NCBI GenBank assembly: GCA_964399085.1 | Contig: CAYNPN010000003.1 | Span: 7,703 to 71,702, forward strand | Length of the DNA: 64,000 nt | Reading direction: 5' to 3' | Source of the DNA: Candidatus Hadarchaeota archaeon | GTDB taxonomy: Archaea; Hadarchaeota; Hadarchaeia; Hadarchaeales; JAGGTB01 | Part shown: positions 9,823 through 17,945 of the stretch, in pieces | Layout of the letters: every line of letters begins with the position of its first letter | How positions within the stretch are numbered: the first letter of the stretch is position 1 | The notes under the pieces: generated by a model | The model's database searches: none | Told to the model about the DNA's origin: nothing | Seen by the model: only the letters and a program-made list of their open reading frames with translations | Translations under genes and position numbers: made by a program

Positions 9823-10963
9823 TACTTAAAGACAAACCGACCTTTATCCTTCTCGGTTTAGCACCCTAAATAAACAACAGTTCCAAACTTACGGAGTCAC
9901 GATGCCACTCAACAAAAAAGATATTGAATTTTTGACACTAGTCTTGTCTACGACTCTGATCTGATGATGAGGACTTCCAAGAATAGGATGATGTGGTGCT
10001 TATGGATCAAAGACAAAACAACACTATCTCATCCTGCTGAAGGGCTTAGAAAATTCAAGACACTGGTTCGAGAACTTTGGACTTAAAAGCCCCGGAGTCA
10101 CCATCAGGCCTATAGATAGGTTTGATAGACAATATCTTGTTTTTAGCGGTTCCGATTTTCCATGGTGTAGTTTGATGGATGTTTTTCTTCATTTTGTCCA
10201 CATGTTATTCAAAATTTTTCTTGCCTTCGAATTTGAAAACGTTCTGGGGGATAAAGTAAGAAAATTTACCTTCATGACCTACAGCGTTATTATGGTCGGA
10301 TTTGACGCAATAGGTTTCTTCCGATATAAAAGATTAGATGAAAGGACTGCTTCATCAGTTGTCTAGTTTCAATGAAAACTTCCATTTACAAATCGAACAG
10401 GAGAAGTCTTTGGAGAGGAAATTGAGCACTATCTTCCGAAAAGGTTTAGAAACTTCTTTCCAAAACTATAAATGGCTCCCTTGAACCAACCTTTCCAAGG
10501 TTCGCCAATCTTCCATTTAACCGGTTGACATATCGGTGGTTCAGGATAGGCTCCAGGGTCGTGGAGTTCATAGTTCCTGAATTCGGTCGGTTTTACTTGG
10601 AAACACGCATTAACAGCTAAAAAACTCTAACTAGAAAAGGATTTCAACACAGCCAAACTTTCGCAAATATTGGACGTGTGATCTTCTAACAGTTTCACAG
10701 GCATTTTACACAACCCATTCAAACAGATCGGCAATTGTTCTCTTGATTGCTCTGAGAAATTCCGTTAAATGCAGGTATCCCAACTGAGCTAAAATAAGGA
10801 GGAGTATGGCGAACAAGAAAACCATTATCAGGAGACCAATTCCTTCTTCCTCATCGAAAATCTTTAACCAGTTTCTACACCCACCTTCTGCTCCCGACTT
10901 TGAGCATTACAGTCCTCCTCGGGAATTTCGTTGAGAACGGCGCGGGCGGAAGACCTGTTCTGA

Positions 10964-11209
10964 TTACTTTAGATGTAAGCGTTTGAGGATACCTTCTGAT
11001 TTTTCCACTTTTACATCGTAGAAGTGGTGATGGTCATCCTCTACTTCGTCAAGGTTTATTACGGTTAATTCATCCGCATTCGGATCGATGTAAGTGTTTT
11101 TCTCGAATTTTTCAACGGCCTTTTCTTCGTTTTCGGCATGCACGATGCCAAAGTTGGTGATTATTGCTCTATCTTTATGAGGTTCTTCCAATATCAAAAA
11201 TTTAGACAT
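10964..11209 (-). CDS. Hypothetical small acidic protein
   Basis: 81 aa ORF with an ATG start and coding-like composition. No recognisable motif. Confidence 0.45.
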   Translation of the reverse strand: MSKFLILEEPHKDRAIITNFGIVHAENEEKAVEKFEKNTYIDPNADELTVINLDEVEDDHHHFYDVKVEKSEGILKRLHLK

Positions 11210-11289
11210 TTATTTTATTTTGGGGTACGGAACTTTGAATCGTTTTTGTTATGATTTGGCGCTGTTAAGTTAAGGTTTCCATCCATCGT

Positions 11290-11666
11290 TTGAATCCATG
11301 CCCGTCCCGCCTGAAGGTTCGGACTTCTGATGGTGGTTACGCTTTAGCTGGAAACACTATGTCTTACGGTCCTGGCGGTCAAGATCTTTGGCTTGTGAAG
11401 GTTGGTTCGAAAGTGAATAAAGAATGGAGCCAAACCTACGGGGGTAAAAATTTGGATTCGGAATATTTAGTGGTTCAAACCAAGAATAGTGGCTACGCGA
11501 TAACTGGATGGACTACATCTTACGGTGCTGGAAAAAAACTGATTTTTGGCTCATGAAGATTGCAGGAGAAGAAGGCGGTGACTTACCCCTAACTTGGGTT
11601 GGGATGGGGATAGCAATCATCATAATACTGCCCGTTGTTGTATTGGCGCTACGGAGAAAATCGTAA
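11290..11666 (+). pseudogene. Frameshifted C-terminal remnant of a repeat-containing surface protein with a C-terminal TM anchor
   Basis: Repeats GYA(L/I)xGxTxSYGxGxxDxWLxK. A frameshift lies in the A-run at ~11531-11537. The continuation is KKTDFWLMKIAGEEGGDLPLTWVGMGIAIIIILPVVVLALRRKS, ending at stop 11664-11666. The N-terminal part of the gene is missing. Confidence 0.45.
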
Positions 11667-11780
11667 ACTTATTCTACCAAGAAGCAGTCCAGTAATTATT
11701 TCCTCCGGTGTTTGTGTTCACGGATCTCCCCCACGGATCCTCCAACATTGCTCCCACTGTCATAATTTACATTCGCGCAA

Positions 11781-12009
11781 TTGCCGAGCGTCTTTTTGGT
11801 CGCAGGTCGGTTTTCGGAGATCAATCATTTTTCGAAGGGTTATGAACGGTGAAGTTTGGTGTGGGGGGAGGAATTTGAACCCACAAACCCCTAAAATACA
11901 ACGACATCGGCAGAGATACGATATCGACATGGCTGGAAGGGAATTAAACGGTTGAGTTTGGAGCCCCGGGCGGGTTCGACACCTGAGGTTCAGAGCACCC
12001 ACACATCAC
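11781..12009 (+). repeat. Degenerate relics resembling the middle and right-end modules of the element family
   Basis: tgccgagcgtc..cgcaggtc (11781-11808); tcgaag..gtttggtgtggggggaggaatttgaac (11831-11880); atggctggaaggg..aaacggttgagtttgg...catcac (11928-12009). Compare GAATGGGGCTGGAAGC..ccaaaccgtgtttggtggg..TCAC in elements A and D. Confidence 0.3.
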
Positions 12010-12079
12010 TTCGGCTTTATGACGGGGGGATGAAAGTCCCTTTTTCTTTTCTAAAAATGTGCGACTTGAACCGTAATGG

Positions 12080-12170
12080 TGGTGCGGCCGGCGGGATTTG
12101 AACCCGCGTATCGGGCTTTCCACCGGAGTGTTGGAGGGCCCGAGTCTTAGGCCAACTAGACCACGGCCGC
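12080..12170 (-). tRNA. tRNA with a ~14 nt insertion in the anticodon loop (probable intron); anticodon ambiguous (UCC/Gly or CCA/Trp are the candidates)
   Basis: Reverse complement folds as GCGGCCG-TG-GTCT/AGTTGGCCTA/AGAC-T-CGGGC[CCTCCAACACTCCGGTGGAAA]GCCCG-ATAC-GCGGG/TTCAAAT/CCCGC-CGGCCGC-A-CCA. TCCA pairs with TGGA inside the loop, giving a bulge-helix-loop-like structure. Confidence 0.8.
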
Positions 12171-12223
12171 TCTTTTCTTTTTTACCCCTAAAGGTATAAA
12201 ATGTGTTTTTAAATTTTAGTTTG

Positions 12224-12886
12224 ATGTATTTAGAATTTAGTGGAAAAATCAGGGATAGATTTCCGGGCCTTAGAGTTCTGACCACGCTAGTCGAGGATGT
12301 CAAGATAGAAAGAAATTCCGAGGAACTGGAAAATTTCAAGAATGAAATAATCGCGGGTGTCAGAGAGAAACGCGACCTCGATGAGCTGAAGGAGGTTCCG
12401 GTCTTCAGGACATATCGGGATTTTTTCTGGGAAATCGATATCGATCCTACAAAGACGAGGCCTGCCGCGGAGGCTCTTGTTAGAAGAGTCTTACAGGGAA
12501 AGTCTCTGCCTACCATAAATACGCTAGTAGATTCATATAACTTGGCTTCTTTATCCTCCGAAATTCCGCTGGCTGTATTCGACTATCAAAAACTCGAGGG
12601 AGATTTAGAGATGAGATTTGCCCATGAAGGTGAGGAATTTCTCGGCATCGGCATGGACCAACCTAAGAAGCTGGAGGGAGGGGAGATAGTAATCTCGGAT
12701 TCCGAGAAGCTGATTGCGATTTATCCCTATCGAGATTCCGAGGAGACGAAAATAACGACGGACACGCAAGATGCCCTCTTCATGGTCTGTGGGGTACCTG
12801 GAGTCGGGAAAAAACTGGAGGAAGCAAAGGAAACTATGATTGATTATGTGACTCGATTTTGTGACGGTGCCGAGAAAAATGTCTAA
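12224..12886 (+). CDS. B3/B4 tRNA-binding domain protein (PheRS-beta B3_4-like, stand-alone)
   Basis: ..DPTKTRPAAEALVRRVLQGKSLPTINTLVDSYNLASLSSEIPLAVFDY..GEIVISDSEKLIAIYPYRDSEETKIT.. matches the B3_4 domain pattern. Start taken at MYLEF. Confidence 0.65.
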   Translation: MYLEFSGKIRDRFPGLRVLTTLVEDVKIERNSEELENFKNEIIAGVREKRDLDELKEVPVFRTYRDFFWEIDIDPTKTRPAAEALVRRVLQGKSLPTINTLVDSYNLASLSSEIPLAVFDYQKLEGDLEMRFAHEGEEFLGIGMDQPKKLEGGEIVISDSEKLIAIYPYRDSEETKITTDTQDALFMVCGVPGVGKKLEEAKETMIDYVTRFCDGAEKNV

Positions 12887-13598
12887 TGATCCCTTGAAGG
12901 GTATCGAAGCAGTTATTTTTGATCTCGACGAGACTTTGATTGATGCTCCACGCGGGCTGGAGGCCGCCCATCGAGCGGTCGCAGAAAAAATTTGTAAATA
13001 TGTTTCGTGCGAGGATTCGAATATCAAAGTAGATGAGATTAACGAGAATTTGATCGATTTCAGCGAAAGAATGAACAGGGAGAGGAAGTATGATAGAGAC
13101 CTCTGGTGGCAAAAATTATTAGATGAAAAGGATATTGATTACAAGTTATCAAATGAACAGAGCAAGAATCTCAGCGAAATTTACTGGAACACATACAGTG
13201 GATCGGCGATTCCCTACCCCGATACAAAATCTGTTCTGAATTATTTGGACGGCAAAGGCTATACTTTGGGACTGATCACCGATACGGATGAATCCAAGAA
13301 CTCGAAAAGAGAACGCATTTTTAAATTCGATTTTTCGGAGTTGTTTGATGCAGTAGTGATTGGTGGGGAAGATACTCCCAATCCCAAGCCTGATCCTGAA
13401 CCATTTAAACTGTTGGCTAGCAAACTTGGGGTCAGCTCGGAGAAGTGTGTAATGGTGGGGGACAAGCCTTTCACTGATATCAAAGGTGCGAATTCTGTCG
13501 GAATGAGGACGATTTATATCGATAGGAGAGACTGGGGAGTTAAGGAGGAACCAGATTATAAAATCCACCGCCTGAACGAAATAAAGGAATTGCTGTAA
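12879..13598 (+). CDS. HAD-superfamily hydrolase
   Basis: Motif I VIFDLDETL, motif II GLITDT, motif IV MVGDKPFTDIKGANSVGM. The start overlaps the stop of the upstream gene. Confidence 0.8.
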   Translation: MSNDPLKGIEAVIFDLDETLIDAPRGLEAAHRAVAEKICKYVSCEDSNIKVDEINENLIDFSERMNRERKYDRDLWWQKLLDEKDIDYKLSNEQSKNLSEIYWNTYSGSAIPYPDTKSVLNYLDGKGYTLGLITDTDESKNSKRERIFKFDFSELFDAVVIGGEDTPNPKPDPEPFKLLASKLGVSSEKCVMVGDKPFTDIKGANSVGMRTIYIDRRDWGVKEEPDYKIHRLNEIKELL

Positions 13599-13623
13599 AG
13601 AATGAATCAAATAATTCTAATAT

Positions 13624-14298
13624 TTAGTCCACATTGAGGGCACTTTTTCCACCATATAAATCCAAAACCCCGGCTATATTTTCTTCTATAATTATCTTCA
13701 GTCTTTCGCACTCATAATTTTCGTTCAATTCCTTTTCGTATTCTTCAATATTCATAGCTTGCTTTGGTATCCCCTCGTTTATCATTTCAGAGAGGTGCTT
13801 AATTCGTTTGAATCTTGGAGGAGAGATTGCATGTAGGAAGGTTCCATATGCAGCAGGACCCCGGACATGTTCGACTTTACTATCCAAATAACCTAAAACT
13901 ACGAGGCTGCCGTCAGGTTCCCAATCGAATATAATCGAGTTCTCGCTCACTTGAGGTATATAAATATTCTCTAAGTTAGGATAGTCCCAGCCTCTTTGAA
14001 TTCTGTCGTTCAGGTATCGGATAATATTATCTTCTACATCCTCTACTGTACCACCCTTACTTCCTACATAATCCATCGCTGAAGCCGTGGCTGTATGAAG
14101 AGCCTCATTTAGCTCGGAGTTTATGGAGGTAATTGTAGATTGAGTGAAATCTGAAGCTACTTGCAGTTGAATTGAGGATACCTTCCTTTCGTTGATTGAT
14201 TGTAGATGTGCTATTACAAGTCCAGAGGAAACTATCACGAAAATTAGGAAGATTGCCAAGGTTGGAGCTGCTCCACTATCAGTCCCCAGTTCTTTCAT
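13624..14298 (-). CDS. Membrane-anchored or secreted protein with an N-terminal hydrophobic (class III signal-like) segment; third gene of the operon
   Basis: MKELGTDSGAAPTLAIFLIFVIVSSGLVIAHLQ, then a soluble domain. Its start overlaps the stop of the upstream gene (14295-14298). Confidence 0.5.
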   Translation of the reverse strand: MKELGTDSGAAPTLAIFLIFVIVSSGLVIAHLQSINERKVSSIQLQVASDFTQSTITSINSELNEALHTATASAMDYVGSKGGTVEDVEDNIIRYLNDRIQRGWDYPNLENIYIPQVSENSIIFDWEPDGSLVVLGYLDSKVEHVRGPAAYGTFLHAISPPRFKRIKHLSEMINEGIPKQAMNIEEYEKELNENYECERLKIIIEENIAGVLDLYGGKSALNVD

Positions 14299-15335
14299 AA
14301 GACCACCCTTAGTTCGGGGACCGACTCATAAACAAAACCCGCTGTGTTTTCGGAGTATTTCCAAGGAATTGCCGAAAAGTAGAAGGTGTATCTGTCTCCA
14401 CCCGATTCGAATTTGAATCTCCACGTAGGGTATGTGCTTACATCGGTTGTGACTGCCGAGGCTTTCGGATCTAACTCATTAGGAATGCCCAAATTATTGT
14501 TCTCACTGTCAACCCAGTTTCTGCTTTGGATTAGATTTATAACTCTTTCAGGGGAGTATACCCATCCTGTTCGATGGGCATTTGCTATAGAGGGGCAACT
14601 TACGAAGTTATTTCCCCCAGCGTTTCCAATAATGTGATTCTCCACCGCCCACGAATTATCGATTTTACCCGTATTTTCGTATCTGACCCCCCTAAGAACA
14701 ATTGGAACTGAAAAGTTTTCATCGGAGCTTACTAAAGTTGCTAACTCGTTCTTGGATTTCCAAAAATAGCCCTCAACATCAAGATTTTCTTCATCCGGGT
14801 AATTGTTCCTGGCATAATAATAGGAAGCAATTATCCCACTTGCCGTTCTGGGATTTTCTTTTGCTAGGTTCTCATAGAAGTTATCCTGATAGGTTTCCGT
14901 AGGGCCAGGCTCCGGTAATACTCCGACTTCAATTGGAGATGAAGATACGATTACTCTATTTATCTGACCTCGAAGATAGAGTTTCCCCCCAGGGTCAGGT
15001 AGAGTGCCTCTTTTCTCCAATTTAGCCCCTATTCCAGATTTGTATTCAGCTCCTTTACGTCCCCCTATTATTTTCACCACAAAATTTTGGTTTTCTATCT
15101 TTAGCTCGTAGTTAGCCCCACCCACTGATTTATACAAATTGAAAGTTTGAGATTTTTTCGGCAATGTGCTAAATGCAGTTTTCGATAAGCTATTGGCCAG
15201 CGTCTGTGCTTCCTCACCAACCCTGTATTGTTTTTGAGTTGTGGAATATGCCAGAAATATTCCGATTAGTAGGGCGGCCATTACTACTCCGAAGAGGATT
15301 CTCCAAACCAGACTCCCGCTTTCATCAAGCATCAA
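14295..15335 (-). CDS. Membrane-anchored or secreted protein with an N-terminal hydrophobic segment; second gene of the operon
   Basis: MMLDESGSLVWRILFGVVMAALLIGIFLAY, then a ~310 aa probably beta-rich domain. Overlaps both neighbouring genes. Confidence 0.5.
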   Translation of the reverse strand: MMLDESGSLVWRILFGVVMAALLIGIFLAYSTTQKQYRVGEEAQTLANSLSKTAFSTLPKKSQTFNLYKSVGGANYELKIENQNFVVKIIGGRKGAEYKSGIGAKLEKRGTLPDPGGKLYLRGQINRVIVSSSPIEVGVLPEPGPTETYQDNFYENLAKENPRTASGIIASYYYARNNYPDEENLDVEGYFWKSKNELATLVSSDENFSVPIVLRGVRYENTGKIDNSWAVENHIIGNAGGNNFVSCPSIANAHRTGWVYSPERVINLIQSRNWVDSENNNLGIPNELDPKASAVTTDVSTYPTWRFKFESGGDRYTFYFSAIPWKYSENTAGFVYESVPELRVVL

Positions 15336-15684
15336 TCCTGACTCCCTCTTCCGTTCTTATTAGCTGAAGATTATGAGTTCCTGTGGAGAGTATTTTATTT
15401 TCTATATTGAGATCCGTATTATGGGATTCTCGGTCACCGGAGATTACTGCAACTACGCTTTTATTTTCGAATCTTAACTCACAGTCTTCGGGAATTGTGA
15501 TTTCGAATGGTTTCTGTGAGTTGGGATCTGAAAGCCCATTTATTATTTCTGCCAGCTTCTGAGACCTATTTTTGAAGGTTCTAATCTCATTACTTTTCCC
15601 CAGGTTCATCTGCAGGGCTAAGAAGGTGCCCATAAAGATTGAAGCTAAGACTATGCCCGCAAGCAATTTTAGAGCAGTAGACAA
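15325..15684 (-). CDS. Small membrane-anchored protein; first gene of the operon (start codon uncertain, TTG)
   Basis: STALKLLAGIVLASIFMGTFLALQ hydrophobic N-terminus. 11 nt overlap with the next gene. Confidence 0.45.
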   Translation of the reverse strand: MSTALKLLAGIVLASIFMGTFLALQMNLGKSNEIRTFKNRSQKLAEIINGLSDPNSQKPFEITIPEDCELRFENKSVVAVISGDRESHNTDLNIENKILSTGTHNLQLIRTEEGVRIDA

Positions 15685-15910
15685 GATATCTCGCCTAAAT
15701 TACTTTCTCCTAATTATTAATCTTACATATGCCTTAGTTTTGTCTTTCTAGACAATAATTTTTTTATAAGGCTTCTGGAAGGAATTTAGCTCCCGATTAG
15801 GGTTACGAAAATCTCGCTAGAAAGCCCTCTCTTAAACAATGTGAGAAGTCAGTTAAAACCATCATTCCAAGGAAGTCTAAAGCTCGAAAGTGGGGTAAAA
15901 AATATTTAAC

Positions 15911-17168
15911 TTCTTTGCCGAGAAGTCCCCTTCCTAATCTTTGATTAGGTGGGTGATGAATCGGCATTACTTTTACTCACCTCTCCCGGTAAGCGTCTAA
16001 AGTAATGGGAGGGTGAAATGAAGTGAGGTGAGGTTTGAGAGATGGGTTCAGGATGATGGTTGAAAAGACTATCGTTTGTAGGATTTTGGATCTTACCGTG
16101 AGGAAGGAGGGTCTGCTCGTCAAGGAGTACTCTAACGCTCAGGGATATATCCGTGGGGAGACGGAAGACTTGTATTCCGCTACCAAACAGGCGATGGACA
16201 GGTATGTGGAGAAGGTTCAGAACGAGGAATATCCTTTATTTTTGCGCCATGATACTTTCAAGGTGGAGAGGGCGGAAAACGCGAAAGAGTTTGACTATTG
16301 GGCTAAGATTCCTATTTCTGATGTTTGGGGTGGGGTTTGGGTTCCTATCAATCCCCACCGAGAAATTAGTGAGGATATGGATATTCACGATTCTAAAATC
16401 GTCTGGAAGGAATACGGTTTCGAACTTCACTTGTCCGTATCTTTTGAAGTATCGTCTCAAACTCCCGAATCTATCCTCTCCGTGGATTTGGGTGAAAGGG
16501 TGATGGCGACGACCGTGTCGTCCGCCGATAACGGGACCCCGGAATTCCACGGGAGAAAAGTTCGGGGGATTAGAAGGCACTACGCTTGGCTCCGAAAGAG
16601 GCTGCAGGAGAAAGGTCTAGCTAAGAAGGTTGAAGAGATCTCGGATAATGAAAAGCGGAAAGTCGAGGATATTCTACATGAGATTTCGAGGAATATAGTT
16701 GATAGAGCCGGAGAAAACAGTTCTCTAATCGTTATCGGCGATTTGAAGGGGGTGGGAAACGAGGATATGGGGAAAGGAGAGCGTATGAACCGAATAGCGA
16801 ACTCTATACCCTACTGGAAGCTGACGAGGATGATAGAATATAAGGCGAAAGAAGAAGGATTGCAGGTCGTGAAGATAAACGAGAGAAACACTTCCAAGAC
16901 CTGTCACAAGTGTGGAAGTGAAAATACTTCGAGACCGACTCAGGGAAAGTTCACCTGTAACACCTGTGGTCTCGAAGACTATAATGCTGACCTGAACGGA
17001 GCCAAGAACATTTTGCAGAGGTTTCTCGCCTATATGGTGGGGAATGGGGCTTTCGTGAACAAGCCCATAACCAAGGTGTATAGCGAAAAACACAAAGTGG
17101 AGAACCTAGAAAAATTCCTTGGAAGCTCCCTCCTAACGAGTGGAACAAGTTAGGTGGGTGCAGTTCAC
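15911..17168 (+). mobile_element. IS200/IS605-family element carrying tnpB only (IS1341-like organisation, no tnpA)
   Basis: Left hairpin cctaatc-ttt-gattagg (15933-15949) followed by GTGGGTGATGAATC. Right hairpin cctaac-N11-gttagg (17132-17154, overlapping the tnpB stop) followed by TGGGTGCAGTTCAC. The left and right hairpins resemble each other. Confidence 0.75.
16053..17153 (+). CDS. tnpB: TnpB (OrfB) RNA-guided nuclease homolog with a non-canonical RuvC-II motif
   Basis: RuvC-I SVDLGERV; zinc finger CHKCG..CNTCG; RuvC-III YNADLNGAKNI. The RuvC-II position reads IVIGDLKG (Gly codon 16737-16739) where the family normally has xxEDL. ATG taken at 16053 (the track starts at a TTG at 16035). 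Confidence 0.85.
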   Translation: MMVEKTIVCRILDLTVRKEGLLVKEYSNAQGYIRGETEDLYSATKQAMDRYVEKVQNEEYPLFLRHDTFKVERAENAKEFDYWAKIPISDVWGGVWVPINPHREISEDMDIHDSKIVWKEYGFELHLSVSFEVSSQTPESILSVDLGERVMATTVSSADNGTPEFHGRKVRGIRRHYAWLRKRLQEKGLAKKVEEISDNEKRKVEDILHEISRNIVDRAGENSSLIVIGDLKGVGNEDMGKGERMNRIANSIPYWKLTRMIEYKAKEEGLQVVKINERNTSKTCHKCGSENTSRPTQGKFTCNTCGLEDYNADLNGAKNILQRFLAYMVGNGAFVNKPITKVYSEKHKVENLEKFLGSSLLTSGTS

Positions 17169-17262
17169 TGGAAGATTCTTGAGTTAATCAGAGTTTCTTC
17201 GCTTTTTATGTCAATTCGACCGGGATTGAGCAAAACCTTTTACGTATAGGACATCTACTAGT

Positions 17263-17279
17263 TGACTGACTGTCAGTCA
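17263..17279. promoter_or_regulatory. Perfect 8-1-8 palindrome, candidate TetR operator
   Basis: tgactgac-t-gtcagtca lies 12 nt upstream of the tetR start, next to the ggaggg Shine-Dalgarno-like site. Confidence 0.5.
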
Positions 17280-17290
17280 GGAGGGATAGG

Positions 17291-17944
17291 ATGACAAATC
17301 ATGATACAAATAAGAGAGAGGAACTGATCGATGCGGCCGAAAAGCTGTTCTCCAAGAACGGATATCCAAAAACATCCGTGGATGATATCTGTAACGAAGT
17401 CGGTGTGGCTCATGGTCTTTTCTATCATTATTTTGATTCCAAAAAAGACGTGATCGGAGCTATAACCGAGAAAATGATGGGCGGATTGGAGTCCAACCTT
17501 GAGGAAATGGTGAAAGATACGGAGATGGGAGCGGAGGAAAAATTCCGGAGATTTCATAGTCTTTCTCTTCAAAAGAAGAAAAAAAGACCTTACCTGGCCT
17601 CGTCCTTTTCCAAAAAAAGATCTCCTAGGGTGTACTACAATTTATTCAATAAAATGGTTGAGGTGATTACTCCATATCTGACCGAGATAGTCAAACAGGG
17701 TATAGATGAAGGTATGTTCCATACTGAATATCCCGAACAGGCTGTAAGGTTCTGGCTCAACGGGAGACTCTTCCTAACGGGTGAGGATCAGTTGTTCCGA
17801 GAGGGAATCCTTGAGGATATGAAAGCAGAAGCCTTCATGGTCGAACGTTTGCTGGGCGCTGAAAGAGGATTTTTGACCTCTTTTTACGAGGAGAGGGAGG
17901 AAGAGATAAAGGCATTTCTCGAAGAGGCCAGGGGGGGTGATTAG
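17291..17944 (+). CDS. TetR/AcrR-family transcriptional regulator
   Basis: N-terminal HTH: REELIDAAEKLFSKNGYPKTSVDDICNEVGVAHGLFYHYFDSKKDV. Confidence 0.85.
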   Translation: MTNHDTNKREELIDAAEKLFSKNGYPKTSVDDICNEVGVAHGLFYHYFDSKKDVIGAITEKMMGGLESNLEEMVKDTEMGAEEKFRRFHSLSLQKKKKRPYLASSFSKKRSPRVYYNLFNKMVEVITPYLTEIVKQGIDEGMFHTEYPEQAVRFWLNGRLFLTGEDQLFREGILEDMKAEAFMVERLLGAERGFLTSFYEEREEEIKAFLEEARGGD

Positions 17945-17945
17945 C

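Noticed and set aside
9940-10010. ctgatctgatgatgagg...ggatgatgtgg looked like C and C' boxes of a C/D box sRNA.
   Set aside because: No CUGA D or D' boxes lie at the required spacing on either strand, and there is no terminal stem.
11858-11885. TGG-T-GTGGGGG-GAGGA-ATTTGAA-CCCAC reads as the reverse complement of a tRNA acceptor/T-arm with CCA. A second similar fragment is at 11958-11982.
   Set aside because: No D-arm, anticodon arm or matching 5' acceptor strand could be found. The T-stem would have U-U and G53-U61 pairs. The sequence aligns at least as well to the right-end module of the element family. Kept only as a low-confidence repeat.
12021-12045. ggggggatgaaagtccc resembles the RNase P CR-I GGAAAGUCC block.
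   Set aside because: It is an isolated 9-10 nt similarity followed directly by a T-run, with no other RNase P conserved regions nearby.
11944-12516. 190 aa minus-strand ORF.
   Set aside because: It runs through the tRNA gene and antisense to the B3/4-domain gene, and is Ser/Arg-rich low-complexity sequence.
16153-17148. Alternative-frame and antisense ORFs inside tnpB (16153..16503, 16236..16580, 16725..17093, 16951..17148).
   Set aside because: They overlap the well-supported TnpB frame and have no motifs. Part of the 3' region is expected to function as RNA (omega-RNA scaffold) rather than as a second protein.
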